A stretch of DNA of 64,000 bases from Microthyrium microscopicum (taxonomy: Eukaryota): the NCBI GenBank assembly GCA_010405405.1, contig MU004236.1:62001-126000 (forward strand). The letters run 5' to 3'. The position numbers and the translations under genes are program-made. A model generated the notes under the pieces. It was not told where the DNA came from and did no database searches. It worked only from the letters and a program-made list of their open reading frames with translations. This document shows, piece by piece, positions 11,640-22,618 of this stretch (positions within the stretch are counted from its first letter, which is position 1; each line of letters starts with the position of its first letter).

Positions 11640-13943
11640 ATGCAACGAGGCGTCACCATGCCCGACCGGGAAAGCTCCGCGTCAACATGGCAATTTCTAC
11701 AATCCGGAGTCAATCGTATCATGACAAAACTCGAAGAAGGCATGAACATGGTTGATTACATGGAACTCTATACTGCTGTCCATAACTTCTGTACTGCGCA
11801 AAAAGCTGTCGGCACCGGTGGATTTAGTCCCTCTGCTGGTGGCCGAGGCGGAGCGCACCTACTTGGTGAAGAACTCTATAAGCATCTCAAGGGATACTTG
11901 GACTCGCACTTGAAAGAAGTCCAGCAGACTTCACGGCAGTATAGTGGCGAAGACCTTCTACGATTCTACATTCGCGAATGGAAGCGGTACACAACAGCGG
12001 CGGGATTTAATAACAATCTATTCCGCTATCTGAACCGCCACTGGGTTAAGCGCGAGATGGATGAAGGAAAGAAGAATGTTTATGACATCTACACCTTGCA
12101 CTTGGTTCGTTGGAAAGAGAACATGTTTGTCCAGACCAATTCCACGGTCATGGAAGCTGTTCTAAAGCTTGTCGAAAAACAGCGAAACGGCGAAACTATT
12201 GAGCACTCCATGATCAAGACACTGGTCCAGTCTTTCGTTTCTCTCGGTCTCGACGAGACAGATTCGACAAAGGGCAACCTGGATGTCTACAAAACCTACT
12301 TTGAGAAGCCATTCCTCGATGCTACTGGCCAATACTATGCTCGAGAGTCAAAGCAATTCCTGGCAGAGAATAGTGTGGTGGAATATATGAAGAAGGCTGA
12401 AGCGCGATTGGATGAAGAGAAGGAACGTGTTGATCTGTATCTGCTTCCCGATATTCTTCAGCCTCTCAACCGAAAGTGTGAGGAGAGCCTTATTGCAGAT
12501 CACTCTACAATCCTACGGGAAGAGTTTCAAGTACTACTCGACAATGACCGACAGGAGGATCTTGGCCGCATGTATAAATTGTTATCTCGAATCCCTGATG
12601 GTCTAGAGCCACTTCGACAGCGTTTCGAAGCACACGTCAAGAAATCCGGTCTATCAGCTGTAGAAAAGATTGCCGCCGAGACCGACAATGTTGAGCCTAA
12701 GATTTACGTCGACACCCTGTTGGAGGTCCACGACCAATATGCTGCACTTGTCAAAGATGCTTTCCGCGGCGAGGCCGATTTTGTTCGTTCACTCGATAAC
12801 GCATGCCGTGACTTTGTCAACCGCAACAAGCTTTGTACAGGCAGCTCAACCAAGTCACCGGAACTACTTGCAAAGTACGCACATACTCTCTTGTCACGGA
12901 CGAGCGCCAAGATGTCTGAAGAGGACGACATGGACAAGACTCAGTCGCAAATAATGACTGTGTTCAAGTATATTGAAGACAAAGACGTGTTTCAAAACTT
13001 CTATCGCCGCAATCTTGCCAAACGACTGGTCAATGCTGGATCATCGGATGACGCTGAGATGTTGATGATTGGAAAGTTGAAGGATGCTTGCGGTTTCGAG
13101 TACACCACCAAACTCCAACGCATGTTCCAGGATATTCAAACTTCGAAAGATCTCAACTCGAACTTTAAGGATTTCCTTCAACAAAACTATGATGGTGAAG
13201 AGCAAAAGGCTTCAGTGGATGCTGCGTTTAACATTCTATCCACTTCAGTATGGCCACTCCATCCTCCAACCACAACCTTTGCCCCTCCGCCCGTTCTACA
13301 ACGTACTTGCGATCGTTTCGGTACTTTCTACAATGGAAAGCACTCAGGGCGAAAACTTACCTGGTTGTGGCAGCTATGTCGTGGTGAGATTCGTGCAAAC
13401 TATGCCAAGTTCCAAGGCAAGATGCCCTATACCTTCCAAGTCTCGACCTACCAAATAGGAATTCTACTTCTGTTCAATGATGCCAGCACACTCGATTACG
13501 GCCAAATCGAAGATGCTACCAAGCTCCACAAGGACACTTTGGACCCATGTCTAAACCTGTTCATCAAGGCCAAGGTTCTTACCGCCCGTCCAGAAGGCGG
13601 CAAACCTGAAGTTGGAACTTCCTACACCCTCAACACTGGATTCAAGAACAAGAAAGTCAAGGTCAACCTCAACATCACCATCAAGTCGGAAGCCAAGCAA
13701 GAAGTTGACGAGACGCACAAGACTATCGAAGAGGACCGTAAGCTGCTTATCCAATCGGCCATTGTCCGCGTGATGAAAAGCCGAAAGGAACTCAAGCACT
13801 CGCAGCTCATTGCAGAGACCATCGCGCTCATCAAAGGCCGTTTTGCACCAAAAGTCCAAGACATCAAAAAGTGCATTGAGATGCTCATTGAAAAGGAATA
13901 TCTCGACCGCCAAGGCGAAGACGAGATCAAGTACCTTGCATAA
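11640..13943 (+). CDS. CUL1: Cullin-1 (SCF scaffold, Cdc53/CulA), intronless
   Basis: Motifs YMELYTAVHNFCT, LFRYLNRHWVKRE, KSPELLAKY, FKYIEDKDVFQ, HSGRKLTWLW and the neddylation motif AIVRVMKSRK. First ATG at 11640; the ORF track starts at an upstream GTG. Confidence 0.96.
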   Translation: MQRGVTMPDRESSASTWQFLQSGVNRIMTKLEEGMNMVDYMELYTAVHNFCTAQKAVGTGGFSPSAGGRGGAHLLGEELYKHLKGYLDSHLKEVQQTSRQYSGEDLLRFYIREWKRYTTAAGFNNNLFRYLNRHWVKREMDEGKKNVYDIYTLHLVRWKENMFVQTNSTVMEAVLKLVEKQRNGETIEHSMIKTLVQSFVSLGLDETDSTKGNLDVYKTYFEKPFLDATGQYYARESKQFLAENSVVEYMKKAEARLDEEKERVDLYLLPDILQPLNRKCEESLIADHSTILREEFQVLLDNDRQEDLGRMYKLLSRIPDGLEPLRQRFEAHVKKSGLSAVEKIAAETDNVEPKIYVDTLLEVHDQYAALVKDAFRGEADFVRSLDNACRDFVNRNKLCTGSSTKSPELLAKYAHTLLSRTSAKMSEEDDMDKTQSQIMTVFKYIEDKDVFQNFYRRNLAKRLVNAGSSDDAEMLMIGKLKDACGFEYTTKLQRMFQDIQTSKDLNSNFKDFLQQNYDGEEQKASVDAAFNILSTSVWPLHPPTTTFAPPPVLQRTCDRFGTFYNGKHSGRKLTWLWQLCRGEIRANYAKFQGKMPYTFQVSTYQIGILLLFNDASTLDYGQIEDATKLHKDTLDPCLNLFIKAKVLTARPEGGKPEVGTSYTLNTGFKNKKVKVNLNITIKSEAKQEVDETHKTIEEDRKLLIQSAIVRVMKSRKELKHSQLIAETIALIKGRFAPKVQDIKKCIEMLIEKEYLDRQGEDEIKYLA

Positions 13944-14840
13944 GTTCATACTTGGTACGATATCTGTTTTGGCACAAAAGCTGTTTCTTTGCTGCTTTCC
14001 GCTCGGCGTATTGTGGCTGAGTTGATACCACTTCAGACTCTTCTGGTCCGTCTGCTTGGACAAAATATTGGACAACAACACTACCCCCATCATCATCATC
14101 ACACATTTTCCCCACCCCCGTTGGTACTGTTTGGCCAGCAAACTGATACCTTTTTCTCTTTGTAGAACCCTACCCACACCGAAATTATTCTTCCCTGTAT
14201 TACTGCGAAGGTGTGCTCATGTCAAAGTGTTGCCGTGGTTACATAGGATTACACAATTGTGCAAGCGGCGAAAATAGAGGATGGATGGGCTGTTTAGTTG
14301 TAGTATTCATGAATAGAAGAATCAATGCGTCACACGATCAGATTTTCATGTTGAGAATATCTTCGGATAGTGTTTTCTATGTGAAAGGTTGGATGAATAG
14401 GGCCGTCGTAAACTACATAAGGGCAGCAATTCATGCAAAGCATGTTGTGAAGAGAACTTTATCGCGCGAAAATACTTTGGAAATATAAAACTACGATTAG
14501 TGTATTGCAAGTCATTTCACAGTTCTCGTCTCGCGTGCTTTGATGAATCTAAACATATAGATCAGATTGATGGTGGAAAGGGCCGATAGATCCTGCTTCA
14601 GAATTGTCAACTCATTTATCAAATCCCTACCTGTAATCCTTGCGATTGATCATGCAGCCAAGAATTCACATCAGGACCACATCATGTCAGGTTGGATGAA
14701 ACAATAATTTGTGGAATATGTTTGATTTTGTAACGCTAGAATTACCAAGCAGGTAGTATTAGGTATGATGCAAACTATTTATCATCCTCAACCAGCAATG
14801 CTATTACTTCTTCCGAACACCTATAAGGTAATTTCCATCC

Positions 14841-15266
14841 TTACAACATACCAACAACAGCAAGACCAGCACCGACGAGAGCACCGAAAGCTGGAACATT
14901 GCTTGGCATAGCAGCACCAGTAGCAGCACTAGCAGCCGATGAAGCAGCACTGCTGCCTGCAGAGACGGCACTGCTGTGAGCACTTGATCCAGCGCTGGTG
15001 AGAGAAGACAACTTGCTGTTGAGCGAGCTGATGGCACCGCTGGAAGTAGCGCCAGCGAGCGAAGAGGTGATGGAGCCGGCGGCACCGCTGACGGAGCTGG
15101 CGACGGAGGACTCCTTGGAGGCGATGGAGGAGAGGACGGAGGTGGCTTGGCTGAGAACGCTGGAGACGACGCCGGTGTTGGTGCCGGAGACGATGGGGGT
15201 GTTGGTTGTGCCTTGAGCGGTGGCGATGGCCGCGAGGGTGGAGAGGATGATTGCTGAGGCCTTCAT
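14841..15266 (-). CDS. Small Ser/Ala-rich secreted, probably GPI-anchored protein (141 aa)
   Basis: Signal peptide MKASAIILSTLAAIATA, a Ser/Ala/Thr low-complexity body and a hydrophobic C-terminal tail (…TGAAMPSNVPAFGALVGAGLAVVGML). TATA-like TATATAA upstream at ~15388-15394 on the minus strand. Confidence 0.88.
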   Translation of the reverse strand: MKASAIILSTLAAIATAQGTTNTPIVSGTNTGVVSSVLSQATSVLSSIASKESSVASSVSGAAGSITSSLAGATSSGAISSLNSKLSSLTSAGSSAHSSAVSAGSSAASSAASAATGAAMPSNVPAFGALVGAGLAVVGML

Positions 15267-18200
15267 GATGATGATTGTGTGTGTGAAGAGTTGGTTTTGG
15301 TTTGGATTGGTTTGTATAGGAATTGGAGATTTGGTTTGTGAAGAGTGAATGTAGGAAGAAGAGGAGAGCGAGCTGAGCGACAGAGAGTTATATATGAGCA
15401 TGCAAGACGTGAGCTACGTAATTAGGAACCAGAACTGGAAACATCAGCCCAAGACCAGGCGACCAATTGGCATGGACGATGTAGGCAGTGTCGACCCACT
15501 TTGCTAAGGAAAACATTGGAAACAACAATGGGAATGGTTGGCCCCCTGCCGTCTCCCGACTTTGGAGCCATTGATTGAAACACAGAGTGTACATGTCCAA
15601 GGGAACCTGCCTGCGTCCAGCCTGTCTGCAGGGACCTGACCAAGCAACACCAAGCGTTATGCCAGCACTCAACGCACAATCCAGAATGTATGTGGCACTA
15701 TGGCACTAGCAACTGTACCTGCACGGGAAAGCAAAGAGTAGATCCGATGCTTACCTACTTTGCCATGGTTTTTCTGTCTCTTTTCTCGGATGTCACGGAC
15801 AACAGCAGGGATTCAAAGTGTCCAGAGTGGCCATTTACGTACCAACTAATGGAAACTATCCATTTCTAGAATGACCGCGCCACAGTCGTCGATGTCTTTT
15901 GCAGGGCGATCTTCGATCTGATGCCATGTTTTCAACCAACCGATGGTGGAGAGCTGCGGTCATCGTTGTCGTCAGTGTGGCTCCAGACACATGGAACAAG
16001 AAGGCTGTGAAGTACATGAGGTAAACCCCCACTACCCCTGCTCGTTTCTTGACCAACTCTCCACTTGTTCTGTGAAAAGTAGAAAGTGGGAGAAAGGTCT
16101 GGACGGATTTTACGATGGACACCAGGGGAAGCTTTCCGTTGTGGCGTTAATTGTCCCCGGAAAATCAGATGTATGGATCAAAAATGGATGTGTCGTAAAA
16201 CCCGCCGAGCCTCCCAACAGAAACCTGCTTTTGCTCACATGCATCAAGCAAGACCTGCATAAACTTTGCATTTATACTAGTATTCTTTCCATCCACTGCA
16301 CGGCCGTTGGCCCAGGAACTGTTCCAGGAACCTACCCGAACAATTAAATCACCTGTTCCAGAGTGTCATCTCGGGTACCTGAATTTTAATATCATGTTGC
16401 TACCGTAACCTTGGAAAAGTTGAGAAAACCTCAACGGTTACAAACGAAATTGTCAATGACGATGTCAGGGCAACAACCGCCAGAGAACGGTTGCGAAGAA
16501 AAAGCAGGGCACCAAAGAAGGTTCTTGCGCAGTGGCGGACGATCTTAACATTCAGTTCTTGTGTCATCCTGGCATTTTATTTACAAGATGCACCAATTGG
16601 TTCGGCCTGTCGATTGTTTCCTGTCTGTTTCTAAGAGGAGTGAGAAATTGGCCACTACGGCGCGACCGCAAACTTCCTGCTGGCTCCTGCTTGCTCCTGC
16701 TTGTGCTGTGCCAACTATTTTTCCACGCTATGCTTTCCGTCATAGCGGTTTCAGTGAGCGGACCTTCTTCAAACATTGATTCTCCGCCAATGTCTTATGC
16801 CCGTGCGGCGGTATGGTGTACAATAATCACGATTCTATTCCTTTTGCTGACGTCGGAGGAGCTTGTGAGCTGGAAGGAAAAAGGCTGGGGGCCAGACGCA
16901 GTCAAATGTGCCCCGCAAGAAGAGGTGCTTAAACATTCCACTTCCGTCATACTATTACTCGGCGAGTCCGCAATAGGAAACGTACGAGGCGTTGGCAAGC
17001 GAATCAGGCAAAGCTCATGCAGAAGGATTCGCGCTAAAAGAAGTTTATGTTGGCGACGCACCGACCTGCGAGGCTGCGACGGAGCTCTCCCTGCAGTTTG
17101 TTGTTCATCAACTGTCTGGATTTCATGGCAGTGATTGATTTGATGAGAAAAGACGTGATTTTTCGGTGCTTCCATCCCAGCCAGATTGAACAATATGCCA
17201 TCGGTTCCACGCGAGAACGCGAGATCTAGAGCGTGTCGCGAACTCTAAAGGGAGATTTGCAGAACTACCCTGGTCTCATTAACCGCCCAATATCTCGCCT
17301 TCCACGCTTGTATTGAATACTATATTTTGGGAGAATAGTTGGCAACTCGTGGCTATGTTGCATGCGACCGGGAAATTAGCTAATTTGTCCACAAGGCAAT
17401 GGTAACGATCAGGCATGATGAGCTGTTTAGTTGCTATTTATTTTGTCCCTCGTTGCTTCTGGACCTGAGAGCTGCTAGAACATACCAGCAACCCATTCAT
17501 CAATTGAATTTTTCACACCTTTAAGAGTACGAGAATATATTTCTCATTGATGTATGATACACATCTCACATAAGCAAAGGCAAGTACTTCAAGACCTCGG
17601 AAGCTTGTTCGAATCCTTCAATCTGTTGTTTGTGCCTGGATTTCAACTCCATGTCTATCGTGAAATAACATCAGTCCATCTTGACAACAAGCCAATCTTC
17701 AATTCCCAATATCTCCACCAAAACTCTTCAAAAAAAGATAAAGCCGAGCACAACATAAGTCTCACCATCACACATACACAATAAGAAGAAAAAATCTCAA
17801 AATCGAAATGGCAAAAGCTCCCTGTTGAACCAGTGACCTCTTGGTCAATGGGTCAACAGGTACGAAAATCCGCTCCAGCGCCGAGTATAGCGTGCCTTTC
17901 AATATCGCACCTTCTCAGACCTAACTGGCGTAATTTTTCTCCGACCGGATTGGTTGGCCCCATGATGACTCAGACTGAAAGGAGTGTAGAAATCAGCGTT
18001 CACAATGGGGCCATTATTTGCTAAATGTTAGTGATCAAAAAGTGCCAATGGTTGGTATATGTAGAGATTGCTTTCCCAAATAGCTTATTAACTGCTAACA
18101 GACAACCTCGTAAGGGGCTCATTCTCTGAGGTTGGCTTGATATCAAGGAATGGAAAAATGAGTAGAAATCTGGTTTCATTTTCATCGTAACAGAATTATG

Positions 18201-18335
18201 ACTTCTGTTGTTTTTGTTAAGTTATATACACCGGCAACTTCACGACTCTTCTAGAATGCGATAATTTTCGATTCAATACTTTTTAAAACACATACATGAG
18301 ATATACCACACATTAATAGCCAACCCTCATATGCC

Positions 18336-19311
18336 TTATCTCACTTAGTCAGACGGCGCAGCTACAGGGGTAGTAGGATCTAGCCAATCAGAGGTCATTC
18401 TACTCCCTCTATGACTTTTCGCTGCGCAGTCTAAGAGACTCTTATTCCGTTTATTAATATCTTAGCTTAACTTTTTGGCTTATTCTAAATATTCTTATGA
18501 ACCATAAAATAACGACGATAATTATCAAAAATATACTAAATTTAAATTATAGATTAGAACCTAAGCTTTAAGAAAAGCCTATTTTGAAGCTAATCTAATA
18601 CCTTTTAGCTTCTAGGATATTATTTCTATAGAGACAAAAAAATGCCAAGCTTAGTTAACTATTTCATCGTTTCATTACCTCTTGTTTATTTAATAACTAG
18701 AAGAGATATAGTAAATCTAAAAGAATGAGGCAATTTAGCTCGTTAAGATCTATAAGCATATATAGAGAAATATTAATAAAAAGTCGTTGTTGTTAAACTA
18801 AAGAAGCAATTAGAATAGAAGCTTTTTTAACCTTTTTAAAGACTTACTTTGCTAAAAGTAGACGAATTGAATTTCTAAAAGTACGCTTATCTTAAGTAGG
18901 AGCTAAGGATTATGCTCATTTTGTCCGTTTATTTATAACTACTATGGTTATTAAGTTATTCAAGTTAGAAGTTTTAGCCCAAAAAACTATGAATGTTAAC
19001 TTTAGTCACTAAAGCTTTATAAGACAACTAAAAGAGATATAAAGAATCTAATAAAAACAAAGAAAAGAGGAGAATAAGACGATTTTAGAAATATATAGAA
19101 AATTGCTTATTAAGATAAAATAAGATTATAGATGTTATTTCGAAGTAAAGAGAATTCATTAACAAAGTTAACAGGGCCCTTACCAAAAGTGAACAAGAGT
19201 CACTCAGACGTAGCAAGCTGCTTCAAAATACAGAATTCGTCCGTGCATAAACAGGGGTAGGGAGCCATAGCGACCTACAAGCAGCTTGCAACGTCTAAAA
19301 ACCTGAGATAA
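18336..19311. mobile_element. Non-autonomous DNA element with 8-bp TSD (CATATGCC), 8-bp terminal IR TTATCTCA, subterminal hairpins and RIP-like interior
   Basis: CATATGCC at 18328-18335 and 19312-19319. TTATCTCA at 18336 and TGAGATAA ending at 19311. Subterminal inverted motifs at both ends. The interior (~18450-19170) is extremely AT- and TpA-rich. Confidence 0.8.
18497..19162 (+). pseudogene. Possible RIP-decayed ORF inside the 976-bp element
   Basis: ATG at 18497 and a frame running about 222 codons, interrupted by about 12 stops, all TAA/TAG, which is compatible with CAA/CAG/TGG transitions. No family recognised. Weak support, because RIP also removes TGA in any frame. Confidence 0.35.
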
Positions 19312-19542
19312 CATATGCCGTAAAGACTCAATGATCTTGATTAAAATCTAATCCATTAGCTGATATTGCGCCCTTCCTTCACACACGTAGCCCAATCTCC
19401 AATGACAGTTCACATTCATACCAACTTACTTGACAGTCTCAAACAAAAGCTGATCAGGTGTTCCTAACGAAAGCCACGGATTATCTGCTATGATCCTTAT
19501 ATGATTAAAATATAGCCGAGAAAAGACGTATCTTTGCCGAAG

Positions 19543-20310
19543 ATGCTTTCATATCTCGCTCTATTCCTTATCCTACAAAATGCCAGCTATTTCACCAATG
19601 CCGCAACCGTCTACTTATGCGGAGACTCCACCATGGCAAAAGGCGGCCAAGGAATCGAAGGATGGGGTGAACACCTAGGCACCTTTCTCACCATCCCCGT
19701 GCAAAACAAAGCAATTGGCGGACGCTCCGTCCGCGGCTTCACCAACGAAGGTCGCTTTGATGCCGTCGCCAAAGTCGTCCAGCCAGGCGACACAGTGGTC
19801 ATAGAATTTGGGCGCAACGATGGCGGAACGCTCAAAAATGACTCTCGAGGCCAAGTACCCTGTCCTGGCGATGGAACGCAGACATGTGAAGGCAAATACA
19901 AAGATCAACCCGTGACAGTATACACATTTCCAGGATATCTGGCCCGGGCAGGAAAAGCTATGACAAGCAAGGGAGCGAAGGTTATCTTCTCGGCGATGTT
20001 GCCGCATAATATCTTCTGGACTTCAAAACCTGGCGCTGAACCGAATCTGAATCCTACACCGCCAAAGTTTGTGGAGTATGCGAAGAATGCGGTGTTGATG
20101 GTTGGACCGGGGGCGTCGTACGTTGATCATTGGGATTCGACGGTGAAGATGTATAGAGAGTTGGGAAAGGAGAAGACGTATGCGCTTTTTGCGAAAGAGG
20201 CTGATCCTATTCATACGAATGCGATTGGGGCTAAGAAAACGGCAGAGAGCTTTGTGAGAGCTGTACTTGAAGCGCAAGATCCACTGAAAGGGTATGTCAA
20301 GAAGTCGTAG
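19543..20310 (+). CDS. Secreted rhamnogalacturonan acetylesterase (SGNH hydrolase, CE12)
   Basis: Signal peptide, then block I VYLCGDSTMA, block II NKAIGGRS, block III EFGRNDG and block V DPIHTN. Intronless. Confidence 0.92.
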   Translation: MLSYLALFLILQNASYFTNAATVYLCGDSTMAKGGQGIEGWGEHLGTFLTIPVQNKAIGGRSVRGFTNEGRFDAVAKVVQPGDTVVIEFGRNDGGTLKNDSRGQVPCPGDGTQTCEGKYKDQPVTVYTFPGYLARAGKAMTSKGAKVIFSAMLPHNIFWTSKPGAEPNLNPTPPKFVEYAKNAVLMVGPGASYVDHWDSTVKMYRELGKEKTYALFAKEADPIHTNAIGAKKTAESFVRAVLEAQDPLKGYVKKS

Positions 20311-21040
20311 TCAATAAGATTCAAATCATAATTACCCCCGGGAGTCAAAATGAACGGGCTATACAAGTGGTTGTTTCCGACAATTGCGATGTCTGCCATG
20401 GCATTTTTTAATGTAAAGATGCTGTATTTTGTTTCCTATTTGACAAAGCATTGGTACTTGACCGAACTCATTGATAACGACCTCCTTGAGAAAAGAGGAA
20501 CTAGAACAGTACCAACACGACCTTCTTTGAAGTTCTTGTCGCCATCTGCGCGCAATACATATTCTTATCATTTCATCCTCAAAACCATGACACAAATATA
20601 CGCACTATATTCTTTCCAAACCTTATGTATTCTCCTAAAGATCTAGTCCACGTCGTGTGTTTCTTACTATTCATTTGTTCTTTGTGGACTTACTCGCTCT
20701 CTGAAGTTACAGTGACAGTTGAGTAATTCTTTGTCCTATTTACATCAACTTGCATGCCTGTAGAATGCCGTTGTCTCACATACGTGTCTGGGAAACCAAG
20801 AGACAACTTGGATATTGAGACAGAGCTGGTGTCTTAGTGATGGGCTGTCAAATTGGCTTGCAGTGTCTGGCTTTGACAACGTGAGATAAGCCCGCTGAGC
20901 GGTTATGTAGGCAGTATGTAAGTCTTGACCTAAATATTCATGCGCAAACTTGCGAATATAAAATATCGTCTTATCTCATCACGTTCCAATCCATCCCAAA
21001 TCAATCGACCAAAGTCTCGTACCACCAAGCAAGAAACACC

Positions 21041-21415
21041 ATGACTTACTCCAAGCAAACCATCAAAGGTGTCCAATTTTGGGACCCCAGAGAGCTCCTA
21101 GGATTCAAAGACGACGACTACAAAGTCGACAACTGTGCTTCAATCACCTGGGATGAGTGTGGAATGAAGCGTTGTTGCAATCGGATACACGCCGCCGACC
21201 GAGAGATTGCCTCACAAATCTTGGACGACATGTCACAACTACACCCACTCAGCAGGGAGGTGGACGTTTGCCTACAACGACTGGCTGTGACCGCCATGTG
21301 CAACACTCATAAAGAGCCGACATTAGGTTCTCTTGCGCTGAAAGTTTGGAGAGATATTCTTCTCCAACAATTTGGCAGATGCCATATCAAAGGCCTTCAC
21401 CGACCACCCATGTAG
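21041..21415 (+). CDS. Small hypothetical protein with Cys/His pattern (putative Zn-binding fungal domain)
   Basis: Good start context (CACC ATG) with TATAAAA at ~20957. Pattern C..RCxN…LQRLA…MCNTH…W resembles a recurring uncharacterised Pezizomycotina domain. Confidence 0.6.
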   Translation: MTYSKQTIKGVQFWDPRELLGFKDDDYKVDNCASITWDECGMKRCCNRIHAADREIASQILDDMSQLHPLSREVDVCLQRLAVTAMCNTHKEPTLGSLALKVWRDILLQQFGRCHIKGLHRPPM

Positions 21416-21515
21416 CTAGGTGGTGGTATGTATCTCCTTTTGCAATTCTTTGAATGCCATGATTGATATGTGTAGAACTTTGCCGTTTGATAATGATCAA
21501 ATTGCGGACTGGAGT

Positions 21516-21729
21516 CAAACGGCATGGCAAAATAAATGGCGTACTCCTTTCTACTCTGATGGCACCCAGATGCTACGCTTGGTGATCAAGTGCTTTATTT
21601 GCCATAACCGGCGTTTAGGCTGGGGATCTTTGTTAGATACGATGGGAATTAAAGCACCTTTTGGTTAGCAGCGCTGGTGGTAGCCATCAGAGTAGATGGG
21701 AGTACGCCATTTATTTTGCCATGCCGTTG
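21516..21729. mobile_element. MITE, 214 bp, 46-bp TIRs, apparent 6-bp TSD TGGAGT
   Basis: 21518-21563 and 21683-21728 are inverted repeats matching 44/46. TGGAGT occurs at 21510-21515 and 21730-21735. Ends are CA…TG. Confidence 0.8.
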
Positions 21730-22090
21730 TGGAGTGTCAGAGGGAATAAGCACTAAGTAAGAAATTAAGAACATCAATACTACTAGACTTGAGGCCAATA
21801 AATTTGTGAATTGTGATTTGTCCCAGTTATTTAGCTTTTCCTACTTCTATGTCTAGAATTTGAGTGTACCTATGCCACTGTTTTGAGCGTTATGTGTGTC
21901 CGCTCAAACCATAGTCCATAATACAACACTTCTATTGATTTATCGTCTTGCCAACGTTTCGGTTCTTTCTGCAACTTTGTGACCCACTTCGCGGCATGTA
22001 GCTTGAAATCATGGTTCCACTCGTTGAGTTGACCCTTCTCAGCTGCTTACAAGATCCTAGAGTGCCATTCATGCCGCCTGGTGCTCTACT

Positions 22091-22618
22091 TTAAGCACTA
22101 AGATTGGAATTCACAAGAGTTGAAGTGTATGCGCCATCCCATTCGCTTTCTTGAATACTCGAGTCATTTTCGGATATGGTGTCTTCATGGCTGGCCAGTC
22201 CAGGGCCAGGAAAGCGGATCCCTAGTAAACAGTAAAGAGCCGCTGCTTCCAGTTCCGTCAAGGGACACCAGACGTAGCTGCCGCGACGCTCTGGTGGCGG
22301 ACGCTCGCTACTTGTAGGTGTAGATACTGGAATCCTGGGATTAAAGCTTGAAGCTGTCGGATTGAGACGAGGTGGGTGTCGGTTAGAGTAAACAGGTTGA
22401 GATACAGATCGATGACCGACGTTCGTTGTAATTCGTGTAGAAATTGGACCTGGATCAGTGACAGCCGACTGATCATGGGCTGCTGGGGGTTGATGCTCAT
22501 CAGAGGAAGCGTTCTGAGAGGCTACGGGAGAACTGCTTTCAACACTTCCGTTGGTCGAATCCACTGAAGGCTCATTAGCTTGGGTAGAGCTTTCAGCGGC
22601 ATCAGCTTTTGAGTCCAT
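22091..22618 (-). CDS. Low-complexity hypothetical protein with PAM2-like motif
   Basis: 175-aa ATG ORF in good context (ACC ATG G), Ser/Pro-rich, containing RLNPTASSFNP. The 3' end may be spliced further. Confidence 0.5.
   Translation of the reverse strand: MDSKADAAESSTQANEPSVDSTNGSVESSSPVASQNASSDEHQPPAAHDQSAVTDPGPISTRITTNVGHRSVSQPVYSNRHPPRLNPTASSFNPRIPVSTPTSSERPPPERRGSYVWCPLTELEAAALYCLLGIRFPGPGLASHEDTISENDSSIQESEWDGAYTSTLVNSNLSA

Noticed and set aside
16532..17229. 200-aa and 132-aa ORFs on opposite strands
   Set aside because: Non-ATG starts, atypical composition and no motifs; a gene model could not be built.
20882..20978. TGAGATAAG…CTTATCTCA inverted pair matching the 976-bp element's terminal 8-mer
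   Set aside because: Orientation is opposite to element ends and there is no TSD. More likely GATA-type sites or chance.
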